The translations under genes and the position numbers were made by a program. A stretch of 64,000 nt of DNA from a virus. Below are positions 1-8,909 of this stretch, in pieces. Numbering within the stretch: the first letter of the stretch is position 1; every line of letters starts with the position of its first letter. The notes beneath the pieces are model-generated. The model was not told where the DNA came from and did no database searches. It saw only the letters and a program-made list of their open reading frames with translations. The stretch is taken from positions 40,874-104,873 of the IMG/VR virus record IMGVR_UViG_3300028536_000001, one strand, 5' to 3'.

Positions 1-1
1 C

Positions 2-1591
2 GCTGCTAGAAATCTTAGGGATAGGGTCGAAGACCGAATCTTCACTCAGCCTCCTGAACGAATAGCTGGATTCATGACTTTCCACGCGTGGGCTTTGGCC
101 TTCCTGGAAAAAGAGAAGCACAACATCGATTCTGTCCATTTAACGGATAATTTTCTGGCTACAGAGGGCCAGCTAAACAAAATCGGCTATGAATTAGCAA
201 ATAAGTTCAATTTGAACTGGAGGTCGCTGAGATCGTACATCAGTCTTCAGAAGCGGAACAGAACCACACCGCCAGATGCGCTGGTTGCCGCCGAGAAGCG
301 CGGGGAAGGTCAAAGCGAGGCGCTGGCCTACAAACAGTACGACAAACGCCTCACAGAGGCAGGAATCCTTGATTTTGACTCCCTGATGTTGGAAGCAGTC
401 AAGGCCTTAGAGGATAACGAGGAGCTACGGGAAAAATATTCTTATTTGCACGTAATGGAAGACGAGGCCCAGGATGGGGATCGAATTCAGTATAAATTAT
501 TGCAGCTACTGACACAAAAACACGGTAACTTGTTGATTGTAGGGGATTTGAATCAGTCTTGTTACGCTTGGCGTGGGGCTGCACCTGAACTGTTTCGAGA
601 CGTTCATGAAATTTTTCCTACGATTCAGAAACTTTTTCTAGGTACGAATTACAGGTCAACTCGCTCTATAGTGAACTTTATAAAGAAGATTGCCCCAAAC
701 CGTGACGAACTTCTTGACCGCTTTAACACTCCAAATGAAGAGGGTACCGAACCTGAAATAAGGGTATACTCCACGCCGGAGCGTGAAGCCGAAGAAATTG
801 CTAAGATTGTCGCTGAAGATCCTGAACATTCTGCGGTACTAGCCAGAACTAACCTAGCACTTCGGCCAATCGAGGAAGCGTTGATAGAAAACGGTACCAA
901 ATACCACCTCCTCGGTAAATCCGGATTTTGGACTTGCCAAGAAGTGAAAAACATAGTACCGTGGTTACAGTGCTGTGTGAATTTGACAGATTCGGCAGTC
1001 ATAGCGGCAATTAGGACTCCTTTTTATCCGTCTAAGTACTTGAAACGTAAACAGTTAGCAGAAGAAACAGGATCAGCAAAAATATCAGCCTATCAATATC
1101 TTCTGACGCGACCAGAGAAGAATATACAGGATTTTGTATCTTTCTTGCGATCCTTGGTGAAATATCGATACCTTCCAGCCAAAGACGCCGTGGCTGCTAT
1201 CCTAAAGGATCTCAAAGCTGCGGAGTATTACAAAGAAGAGGAATCGGTCGAAAACGACAACAACCCTGTCGAAAACCTTAAGGAATTAGTCAAAGCGGCA
1301 GGAAAGCACGAGACCCTGCGGGATTTTTTGAACTTCATCCGGAAGGTTCAGGCCGCGTCAAAGTCTAGGAAAGGCTGTGCGGTCGCGACGGTACACCAAG
1401 CCAAGGGACGCGAGTGGTCCACGGTGGCTGTAGTGCAAATGACTGAGGGGATTTTTCCGCATAAGCGATCCACAGATTTGCAAGAGGAACGAAATTTATT
1501 TTTTGTCGCTTGCTCTAGACCCGAAAAAAGGCTTATACTGAGTTACAGCGGCCAAAAATCAAAGTTCTTGGAGGAACTAAATGAAAGTTGA
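2..1591 (+). CDS. UvrD/PcrA-family SF1 DNA helicase (5'-truncated by window edge)
   Basis: Motifs TFHAW, VMEDEAQD, VGDLNQSCYAWRGA, NYRST, TVHQAKGREW and EERNLFFVACSRP. The frame is open from base 2 (AARNLRDRVEDRIF...), so the true start lies upstream of the window. Confidence 0.93.
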   Translation, partial: AARNLRDRVEDRIFTQPPERIAGFMTFHAWALAFLEKEKHNIDSVHLTDNFLATEGQLNKIGYELANKFNLNWRSLRSYISLQKRNRTTPPDALVAAEKRGEGQSEALAYKQYDKRLTEAGILDFDSLMLEAVKALEDNEELREKYSYLHVMEDEAQDGDRIQYKLLQLLTQKHGNLLIVGDLNQSCYAWRGAAPELFRDVHEIFPTIQKLFLGTNYRSTRSIVNFIKKIAPNRDELLDRFNTPNEEGTEPEIRVYSTPEREAEEIAKIVAEDPEHSAVLARTNLALRPIEEALIENGTKYHLLGKSGFWTCQEVKNIVPWLQCCVNLTDSAVIAAIRTPFYPSKYLKRKQLAEETGSAKISAYQYLLTRPEKNIQDFVSFLRSLVKYRYLPAKDAVAAILKDLKAAEYYKEEESVENDNNPVENLKELVKAAGKHETLRDFLNFIRKVQAASKSRKGCAVATVHQAKGREWSTVAVVQMTEGIFPHKRSTDLQEERNLFFVACSRPEKRLILSYSGQKSKFLEELNES

Positions 1592-1772
1592 CGAGAGATT
1601 TCCATGTTGGAGTTATGACATCGGATCAGAATTCTTTGAAGTTTGGAGATGCTATACGTGCGGAGCAATAGTTGTAGACAGGCAAAAACACAACGAGTGG
1701 CACAATATAACAGAAGCCAAGGAGAACATATGCGATGCTCAGAGTGCGGACGGCCAGCAATCTTCAAAGTAA
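1581..1772 (+). CDS. small hypothetical protein (CxxC)
   Basis: Overlaps the helicase stop in operon fashion; WRCYTCG. Confidence 0.55.
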   Translation: MKVDERFPCWSYDIGSEFFEVWRCYTCGAIVVDRQKHNEWHNITEAKENICDAQSADGQQSSK

Positions 1773-1966
1773 AGAATTCAAAGAAGCACCTACACTGCGA
1801 TAAACGCCATGATCTGTGTTTCTTTCACATTCGCAGGTATTTCAACAAATTGCAGCAGGAAAAACTGAGGGAGGAAGTATGCTCGGCTATCTCATTGCCA
1901 GTATCGTCGTAGCAATCTGGGCTTTCTTCTTCATCGCTTTGATTCGGATGTTTACAAAAGGATAAC

Positions 1967-2245
1967 ATGCCTCATCCTCTGGTTGTTCATTGTAAAAAGT
2001 CAGAATACGACGAATACATAGGTCGTCCTTCAAAATGGGGCAATCCTTTTGTGGTTGGTGCAGATGGTACTCGCGACGAAGTTATTGAAAAGTACGAACA
2101 ATGGATTCAAACGCAGCCAGATCTGCTAGCGGACGTATATAAATTGAAAGGAAAAGTTTTAGGTTGCTGGTGTGCTCCGAAAAGATGTCACGGAGAGATA
2201 CTAGTCAAGCTAGCTAACGAGAAATATGCTTTATTTGATTTTTAG
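1967..2245 (+). CDS. DUF4326-like phage protein
   Basis: VVHCKK...YIGRPSKWGNPF...LKGKVLGCWCAPKRCHGEIL is the typical family signature. Confidence 0.85.
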   Translation: MPHPLVVHCKKSEYDEYIGRPSKWGNPFVVGADGTRDEVIEKYEQWIQTQPDLLADVYKLKGKVLGCWCAPKRCHGEILVKLANEKYALFDF

Positions 2246-2441
2246 TTCGGAATCGGATTTTACGGATACAGCCAAGTACTTTGTATCTGTGTGGCCGTCG
2301 TTGAACGATGCGATTGAAGCCATCGATCACTTGGCTGAAGAACCGTGGGGTCAATACCGATTCTGGTGGGTCACGAGCACGATGGTCGGAGACCCGTACA
2401 ATTTTACAACCAGTTTGGTGAGATCACCGGAAGGAAGATAA
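2226..2441 (+). CDS. hypothetical protein
   Basis: Tightly packed ORF in the + strand operon. Confidence 0.55.
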   Translation: MLYLIFSSESDFTDTAKYFVSVWPSLNDAIEAIDHLAEEPWGQYRFWWVTSTMVGDPYNFTTSLVRSPEGR

Positions 2442-2443
2442 AC

Positions 2444-2662
2444 ATGAGTCAAAGCGATCCACAATTTTACGAAGGCGCAAATTGGATGTTAAATGCTGTG
2501 CGGTCGAGCATAGAAAACTATCCTGACGCGGGAGGGGATATAGAGGTTATGGCCCGCATAGACGCGGTATACAACAGTGCCATCGATGATGTGCTCGATA
2601 TCTTGACCGACTCCTTCACTCTATCTGCCGTAGTTCCAAGAATCAGGGAGTTGAAGAAATGA
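2444..2662 (+). CDS. hypothetical protein (tandem paralog of next gene)
   Basis: ATG at 2444 after AGGAAG; shares IxNYPD...AYNxAI...IxELKK with the next ORF. Confidence 0.6.
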   Translation: MSQSDPQFYEGANWMLNAVRSSIENYPDAGGDIEVMARIDAVYNSAIDDVLDILTDSFTLSAVVPRIRELKK

Positions 2663-2970
2663 ACACAGTAGCTGTTCGAAAAGCAATCAAAGAGTTAAAC
2701 CATGTTCTTGAAGACTTGAACGAGTCCGACCTAGATGCGCTCAAACTGTTTAAGAAGGGCGAGGAAGCTACTCTGGAATCCATCCAAAATCAGATAGCTA
2801 ATTATCCTGATCCCCGCTGCGGTCTTCTTTGCTTCATCGAGAAATGGGTAATCGAGCGGGAGAGACTAGCGTATAACGAAGCGATTCGTGCAGTGCTCAA
2901 GGCCTTCGTTCGAGATACCGAACCAACCGTCTCTGAACTTTACACTAAAATTACGGAGTTGAGAAAATGA
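2659..2970 (+). CDS. hypothetical protein
   Basis: ATGA overlap with previous gene; IANYPD...AYNEAI...ITELRK. Confidence 0.65.
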   Translation: MNTVAVRKAIKELNHVLEDLNESDLDALKLFKKGEEATLESIQNQIANYPDPRCGLLCFIEKWVIERERLAYNEAIRAVLKAFVRDTEPTVSELYTKITELRK

Positions 2971-3131
2971 AAATTTGGAGATGGATTATGTCTCGTTTAA
3001 CTACTCCAACTTGTACAGTTATATTTCCTGGACTAGTAATTGGAAAAGGATACAGGTCAAAATGCGAAGGATATTGCGCGTATCATAATAGGTTTAAACC
3101 ATGAAAGTGCTGCTCGGAATGAGAAAATAAC

Positions 3132-4319
3132 GTGGCGATACTATATACCAGCCCCACTCGGGGATATCCAGTAACGGATCATAGTTACTCCGCAGGATCG
3201 CTCTACGATGACTGCCCTAAGAAGTACGACTATGACCGCCGTCAGGGATGGAAGGAGAAGGAGAAACGCGCCTCATCTGCCTTCGGTACCGCAGTTGAAT
3301 CGGCCATCCAGTATCACCACAACTCTGGAATGGTACTATCCGACACCATCGATGAATGGAAACGGCTGTGGGTGCTTCAGCAGGATAATAAAGAACTGGT
3401 ATACTCAGATAAAGATGGCGACTGGGAATCTATGTATAGGCAGGGCGAGCAGATGGTTCGGCTGTACATCGCTGTGTTGCCTACGTTACCTATCCAAAAT
3501 CCACAGTTTCAGTTGAACTACAAGAAGGAGTACTACCCAGATACTGAATACGCGGGATTAAAAGATACAGCCTTCCTAGATATGGAAGTGACCGCTCCTT
3601 GGAATCACCCCTTGCTACCTCCTTTAGAAGAATGTCCGGAAAATGGACAACGCAAAATCTTCATTGACATCAAAACTTCGGCAGCCTTGTATCCGGTAGA
3701 TCCCCGCATGATAAAACTGGACCCGCAGCTACGGAGATATGCGTGGACCTCCGGAATCGAGACTGCCTGCTTCCTAGTTTTGGTAAAACGAGGAATGGAG
3801 TTTGAAAAGGGCGATACGGTTACTGTCCTTGAAGCGTACAGCGAGCAACATCCGGTAGGTACTGAGTTGGTAGTTTTAGATGCCTCAAAAGAAGTCTTGA
3901 CTTTGCTGACACCAAAGATCTATGATCAGTACGACGCGGAGGCTAAAGGGCTAAAAGGAAACGTACTCAAGGAAAAGAAACAGGAATTTGCGGATCGATT
4001 TGGAATTCAGGCTGCCAAGCATGAGGTTACAAAGCAGCGACTACAATTCTTGGCCGCGATAATCTCTGAAGAAGAGCGGCACGAAGCAGGTGAACTGGCT
4101 GGAATGCAGGCTCGGAATATCTGCGATTCCAACATTCAGAATTTCTTTCCCAAGCGACCTGGAATCAAGTTTCCGAATAATCACTGCACCTTCTGTTCGC
4201 ATTTAGGATTGTGCATCGGTGATGAAAAAATGATAAAGAATAAACTAATTCAAATCGGAAACTCACGCCCATCTCGGAGTGAAGAGTCGTCTGATTCGGA
4301 TTGGCTTTTTGACTTATAA
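3132..4319 (+). CDS. PD-(D/E)XK (RecB-like) nuclease superfamily protein
   Basis: N-terminal SYSAGSLYDDCP, GTAVESAI, FIDIKTSA, QLRRYAW, C-terminal HCTFCSHLGLC (Fe-S/Zn ligands). Confidence 0.8.
   Translation: MAILYTSPTRGYPVTDHSYSAGSLYDDCPKKYDYDRRQGWKEKEKRASSAFGTAVESAIQYHHNSGMVLSDTIDEWKRLWVLQQDNKELVYSDKDGDWESMYRQGEQMVRLYIAVLPTLPIQNPQFQLNYKKEYYPDTEYAGLKDTAFLDMEVTAPWNHPLLPPLEECPENGQRKIFIDIKTSAALYPVDPRMIKLDPQLRRYAWTSGIETACFLVLVKRGMEFEKGDTVTVLEAYSEQHPVGTELVVLDASKEVLTLLTPKIYDQYDAEAKGLKGNVLKEKKQEFADRFGIQAAKHEVTKQRLQFLAAIISEEERHEAGELAGMQARNICDSNIQNFFPKRPGIKFPNNHCTFCSHLGLCIGDEKMIKNKLIQIGNSRPSRSEESSDSDWLFDL
3633..3649 (+). repeat. 17-bp dispersed motif TGTCCRGAAAAYGGACA (exact)
   Basis: TGTCCGGAAAATGGACA inside the PD-(D/E)XK gene. 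Confidence 0.85.
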
Positions 4320-4391
4320 AGAAAACTTTTCTGTCAAAATCGGGTTTATATACAATACGAAGTAAAAACAGATATACTGTATCCGAAAAAT

Positions 4392-5498
4392 ATGATTACC
4401 TATACTTATAAAATTCGTCCAACCAAAGCACAAGAAGTTAAACTTTTGGAAACACTGGACTTAACTCGTAAACTTTATAATGACGGTCTTCGAGAATTGA
4501 TTGATCATTACGAGAAAATAGGAAAATATCTTCATAGATACGATCACGATAAACTACATAATTCAAAAAGACATCCCACTCTTCAAGGATTTGTAGTAGA
4601 TGAAACATTAAATCGACTGCATAAATCTTTTGCAGATTTTTTTAGAGGCATAAGAGAAAAACGTAAAGTTGGGTTTCCTCGTTTTAAATCGCAAGATCGT
4701 TGGCATAGTTTTTCTTCTTCTTGTTCGGGCGGATTGACTTTGCGTGGAACTTTATTTTATGCGGGAAAAAAAATGGGAGGAAAAATTCGAGTTAATGTTA
4801 CTCGGCCTCTCCAAGGTAATCAAAAGATATCACGTATTCTCAAGAAACCATCAGGCTGGTATCTTCAAATCGTAACTGATTATGAAAAACCTAAACTAGA
4901 ACCAAATACTCAATCAATTGGCTTGGATTTTGGGATTAAAAATCTTGTTGCTGATAGCGAAGGAAACTTCGTAGAAAATCCACAGTTTCTAAAGCAGTCG
5001 CTAAAGAAACTTAGAATTGCACAGCGCTCCAAAGACCGTCGAAAAATAGGGTCTAATCGTCGCAAAAAAGCAACACAAGTTGTATCCAACGTTTACGAGA
5101 TAGTTCACAATCAGCGCCTCGACTATTATCATAAAGTAACTAGACGATATGTCAACGACTGTGGTCTGATCGTAATAGAAGATTTAAAACCATCGAATAT
5201 GATTAAAAACCACAACTTAGCTCGTTCAATTATGGATAGCAGTTGGGGAATGCTAAGAAATCTACTTGAAGTCAAAGCGGCAGAAGCTGGTCGTCAAGTA
5301 ATCGCAGTACCACCACATTACACATCTCAAAAATGTTCTAAGTGCGGAGAAATAGTTCAGAAATCATTAAGCGTTCGCACTCATTCTTGTCCTTGTGGTT
5401 ACATCGATGATCGAGATGTGAACGCAGCAAAGAATATCTTAGGGGCCGGGTTGGCCCTTCAGGCGTTAACGTATGGCACTAGCCAACGCGTTGCCTGA
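4392..5498 (+). CDS. tnpB: TnpB RNA-guided endonuclease (IS200/IS605 family), solo, no tnpA
   Basis: YTYKIRPT N-terminus, GFPRFKS, RuvC residues GLDFG / VIEDL / DRDVNAAKNI all intact, zinc finger TSQKCSKCG...HSCPCG. Confidence 0.95.
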   Translation: MITYTYKIRPTKAQEVKLLETLDLTRKLYNDGLRELIDHYEKIGKYLHRYDHDKLHNSKRHPTLQGFVVDETLNRLHKSFADFFRGIREKRKVGFPRFKSQDRWHSFSSSCSGGLTLRGTLFYAGKKMGGKIRVNVTRPLQGNQKISRILKKPSGWYLQIVTDYEKPKLEPNTQSIGLDFGIKNLVADSEGNFVENPQFLKQSLKKLRIAQRSKDRRKIGSNRRKKATQVVSNVYEIVHNQRLDYYHKVTRRYVNDCGLIVIEDLKPSNMIKNHNLARSIMDSSWGMLRNLLEVKAAEAGRQVIAVPPHYTSQKCSKCGEIVQKSLSVRTHSCPCGYIDDRDVNAAKNILGAGLALQALTYGTSQRVA

Positions 5499-5550
5499 GA
5501 AAGCCTGCGTAAGCAGGAGAAGAAATTAAGTAACCAATGGTTGGAGGAGT
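5400..5550 (+). ncRNA. putative TnpB omega/reRNA scaffold plus guide (boundaries approximate)
   Basis: Overlaps the tnpB 3' end: GGGCCGGGTTGGCCC hairpin, CAGGCGTTAAC...GCGTTGCCTG pairing, then CCTGC-GTAA-GCAGG terminal hairpin, as in IS605-type right ends. Confidence 0.6.
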
Positions 5551-5586
5551 TGTGAGTCTAAAAATCTATATAAAGAGTGTAAAACT

Positions 5587-5781
5587 GTGAATCAGCCCCG
5601 ATATAGTGACGCAAAACGTAAAGTACTATCTTATTTTCCTGAAGCATACGCAGAGTTCTGGGTGGATGCTTGGGACGATGGTTTCATTATATACTCTAAT
5701 TCTCTTGGCAAAATTTTAGGTAACGGACAGAATTCTTCAGATGCGTGGGAAGACGCAGCAAATAACTTGGAGGAACTATGA
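5587..5781 (+). CDS. hypothetical protein
   Basis: ORF track; starts MNQPRYS. Confidence 0.55.
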   Translation: MNQPRYSDAKRKVLSYFPEAYAEFWVDAWDDGFIIYSNSLGKILGNGQNSSDAWEDAANNLEEL

Positions 5782-6239
5782 ACTATAAAAATGGAGATGT
5801 AATTCGTTACAAACCTGACAACAATTGGTGTAAGCACGGTATTGCAGTGGTGTATCGAACCTGCAATTCTGTATTGGCGAAAGATACCTACTGGGGAATT
5901 GGAGCACACGGAGATTCTGGATGGATACACGAATCCGATATAGAGGGAAGTACTTTAATCGGCAATATTTATGAGTTCCGGGCCGATAATTACAGAAACG
6001 AAAAACATTACGCAGATACAGATAAGTTTTATATACCCATGGGTGGAGGTTCCGCTCAAATGTGGTACCGCGTAGGAGCACAACCTATCCCGTCTTTAGT
6101 TGCTGCACATTTTCAATGTCTTGTAGAAAAAGCAGAAACCGGTGTTAGAGCCGCTGAAGGTACTCTTCTTCGGAGAAAACAGGAACTTGAAGAATATTTG
6201 AAACAACACCCTGAGATTAGTCTTAAGAAAGAAATTTAA
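5778..6239 (+). CDS. hypothetical protein
   Basis: ATGA-coupled ORF, 153 aa. Confidence 0.65.
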   Translation: MNYKNGDVIRYKPDNNWCKHGIAVVYRTCNSVLAKDTYWGIGAHGDSGWIHESDIEGSTLIGNIYEFRADNYRNEKHYADTDKFYIPMGGGSAQMWYRVGAQPIPSLVAAHFQCLVEKAETGVRAAEGTLLRRKQELEEYLKQHPEISLKKEI

Positions 6240-6484
6240 TGAATCAACCTCGATATAGCGGTCCGAATCGAAGCGGTACATGCACCTGTGGCTGTTATTG
6301 GGAAGACCACCACCTCAACATGGTAATGAAACAAGAATATGTAAACGAAACCGGAGAAATTTATATTCCCGAAGAATGTTGTAAATACGGCTTTAATGAA
6401 GTAGGCGGTATGAAATATGAAAATGGAGAGTGGGTAGATCACTGCCACAGGTATAAGGATACGATGGAAGGAGAGATGAAGTAA
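6239..6484 (+). CDS. Cys-rich hypothetical protein
   Basis: Starts MNQPRYS; CTCGC...H...C motif. Confidence 0.6.
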   Translation: MNQPRYSGPNRSGTCTCGCYWEDHHLNMVMKQEYVNETGEIYIPEECCKYGFNEVGGMKYENGEWVDHCHRYKDTMEGEMK

Positions 6485-7123
6485 ATGCCACAATTAGTTT
6501 TGATAAGCGATACTCACGGGCTGCACGATCAGGTAAAGGTTCCAGAGGGTGACATCCTGATCCACGCAGGCGACTTCATGAACGGGGGTCGAGATCTGTA
6601 TGAGGTTACTAGGTTTGCACGCTGGTGGAACAGACATCCCCATCCCCATAAAATTTTAATCGGCGGCAACCACGACCGATATCTGGAGAAGGATAAGACC
6701 GAAGTACTATCTTACTTTGAGAACACGATCTATCTTGAAGATTCGGGATGCAGTCTCTTGGGGTTAAATTTTTGGGGAAGTCCTTATACCCCGGCATTCA
6801 TGCAGTGGAGTTTTATGCGCCACAGGGGAGAAGACATCAAGAAGCATTGGGATAAGATCCCAAATGATACAGATATCCTTGTAACTCATGGACCTCCTTG
6901 GGGAATTTTGGATCAAGTAGATCCATACAACAATTCCGAGTACCTTGGCTGTCAAGATTTAAGCAGAAAATACAATGAAATTTTTGAGCCTAAGCTCCAT
7001 TTATTTGGCCACATACACGGCTCTTATGGACAGTCTAAAATTGGCAATACTATCTTTGTGAACGCGTCTCAAGTAGACGAACAGTACCGCGTGGTAAACA
7101 AGCCAGTAGTAATAGAATTATGA
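6485..7123 (+). CDS. calcineurin-like metallophosphoesterase
   Basis: ISDTHG, HAGDF, GGNHD, THGPP, FGHIH motifs. Confidence 0.92.
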   Translation: MPQLVLISDTHGLHDQVKVPEGDILIHAGDFMNGGRDLYEVTRFARWWNRHPHPHKILIGGNHDRYLEKDKTEVLSYFENTIYLEDSGCSLLGLNFWGSPYTPAFMQWSFMRHRGEDIKKHWDKIPNDTDILVTHGPPWGILDQVDPYNNSEYLGCQDLSRKYNEIFEPKLHLFGHIHGSYGQSKIGNTIFVNASQVDEQYRVVNKPVVIEL

Positions 7124-7246
7124 GCGATGGTGAATTTTGTCTGTGTCCTGAGTGTCTTCAAAATCCATGTGGTTGCGAGGAAGAAGACGAACCTATTCCA
7201 AAATGGCTTGTAGGTAGAGGCGACGACGCAGTAGCGGCGTGGGGAT

Positions 7247-7486
7247 ATGGTATACCTTTGTCTGGACCAATTTAGAGGAAAAATGTCAATAAATCTTAAA
7301 GAATACCTAGAGAAAATTTCACAGGAAAACGCACCAACAGATCCTGTACCAAACGATCCGTGGGGCTTTAACGTATTCGATGCCTCTGGTGGAAACTACG
7401 ATGATGCCTTTTCTATGGGCTGCGACGAAGGTCGTATCCAGCTAGCACGTGAACTATTAAAACTTACAGGAATGGAAGAGAAATGA
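7247..7486 (+). CDS. hypothetical protein
   Basis: ORF track; true start may be a downstream ATG. Confidence 0.5.
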   Translation: MVYLCLDQFRGKMSINLKEYLEKISQENAPTDPVPNDPWGFNVFDASGGNYDDAFSMGCDEGRIQLARELLKLTGMEEK

Positions 7487-8529
7487 TGCCCGCCCGCATA
7501 GTTGACGGCAGTAGTTTGTACAAGTCTCAAAAGTTGAAGAAAGTCCCTGTCCAATTTCGGGCCGAGTACGCGAACCTTATTCCCTTAGCTGAGGCGAACG
7601 GTAGTTTTGAGTGCGAGGCAGAACTTATCTGGTCTACTGTGTATTCTTACAATCGCACAGATGTGACCCCGGAAATTGTACAGACAATTCTGGATGAGTT
7701 TGAAAAAGCAGGCATGCTGCAACGGTGGGAGGAAAAGGGTCGCCACTACGGTCACTGGACTGGGATTGAAAAACCAGGTCGGCTGCCTCCTCCTTTTCAG
7801 CGAGCAAAATATACAAATTTACCGCCTTTGCCTCCAGAGGTTGAGGGTACCCGCGATCCATCCGGAAAATGGACAACTCAACAGGTAGAAATTCCACTAG
7901 AAGAGGCTAAACACCTGTGGGGCGAAGCTATAGTCAATAATCTCAAATCCACTCTTCCCTTAGATACTCAAATTGAAAACGGGTGCAGGGAACAGTTTGG
8001 GATCGTAGAGCCGCGCAAGCAGTGGGCTAAGGAACTTAAGGAAGCGGTGAAGACTCACGGGCACGACGAACTCTTGGCTGAGTTTGAAAACTGGGTAACT
8101 TCTCAGATAGGGTTTACAGGTAAAAAACCTGTTTCTATCTTTTTGCGGAGTTTAAGTAGCGGAATCGCCGCAACTCCTGCGGTGAAAAGCCCCGCGCTTC
8201 AGGATGTGGAGACAAAAATTGCTTCAATAAGCAACTCTCAGGTGTTTTTCCACAACCAACAGCGTCCTTTATTGGCTTCTTTGGTACAACAATACGGCCA
8301 AGACGGGGTGACTACAGCCTTTGCGGAGTTCTGGAATAGCGTAGATGATTCCAGTATCAAGTTCGCAGCCAAGAATTTCATTGAACAGGCTGGAACTCGT
8401 ATCGAAGCGCGGAAAGCTAAGAAATACCAGACTGAAAAACGTGATACACTGGCTAAAGAAGCCTTAGCTGCGGCGCAAGCTGGAGTTGAAAATGATGTTG
8501 AGGAAGAATACGTGGAGGAAGAATTGTGA
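7483..8529 (+). CDS. putative replication initiator / replisome organiser
   Basis: N-terminal LIPLAEANG.F...winged-helix-like segment (ILDEFEKAGMLQRW); lies immediately upstream of the primase-helicase. Confidence 0.5.
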   Translation: MMPARIVDGSSLYKSQKLKKVPVQFRAEYANLIPLAEANGSFECEAELIWSTVYSYNRTDVTPEIVQTILDEFEKAGMLQRWEEKGRHYGHWTGIEKPGRLPPPFQRAKYTNLPPLPPEVEGTRDPSGKWTTQQVEIPLEEAKHLWGEAIVNNLKSTLPLDTQIENGCREQFGIVEPRKQWAKELKEAVKTHGHDELLAEFENWVTSQIGFTGKKPVSIFLRSLSSGIAATPAVKSPALQDVETKIASISNSQVFFHNQQRPLLASLVQQYGQDGVTTAFAEFWNSVDDSSIKFAAKNFIEQAGTRIEARKAKKYQTEKRDTLAKEALAAAQAGVENDVEEEYVEEEL

Positions 8530-8762
8530 GTATACCTTTGAGAATAACTGACAAAATATACGATTCTGTTAGAAATGCAATTTGGTCTGAAATCAGTCCT
8601 CAAGAGTTTCTCGATGAAGTACTTGGATGCTGGAAAATGGTATTAGAAGAAAAGAAACAAATAGCCGATAGAGTATTTTCTAAGAAGAAAACGTATCATG
8701 CTGGTGAAACAGTCGAAATAGATTATATAGAAAAATTCATAGAAGAGGAGCTAGGAATGTGA
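8526..8762 (+). CDS. hypothetical protein
   Basis: Coupled GTG-start ORF. Confidence 0.55.
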   Translation: MSIPLRITDKIYDSVRNAIWSEISPQEFLDEVLGCWKMVLEEKKQIADRVFSKKKTYHAGETVEIDYIEKFIEEELGM

Positions 8763-8909
8763 GCCGTATACCTCTAGGTAATAAAGTTGCGAGGATAGAT
8801 GCAATCACTTTTCACACTACATACGACTGTGAGCACACTGAAATCATCATGAAGAAGTGTGGATGTATTCCAGAAAACGCAACTATCAAGCACGATTAAG
8901 TGAGGCCCT

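Noticed and set aside
133-149. Further weak matches to the 17-bp motif (133, 38540, 58452)
   Set aside because: Three or more mismatches or an indel; could be chance.
3132-4319. Cas4 of a CRISPR system
   Set aside because: A PD-(D/E)XK nuclease with Fe-S-type cysteines, but no array or other cas genes; a phage recombination exonuclease is more likely.
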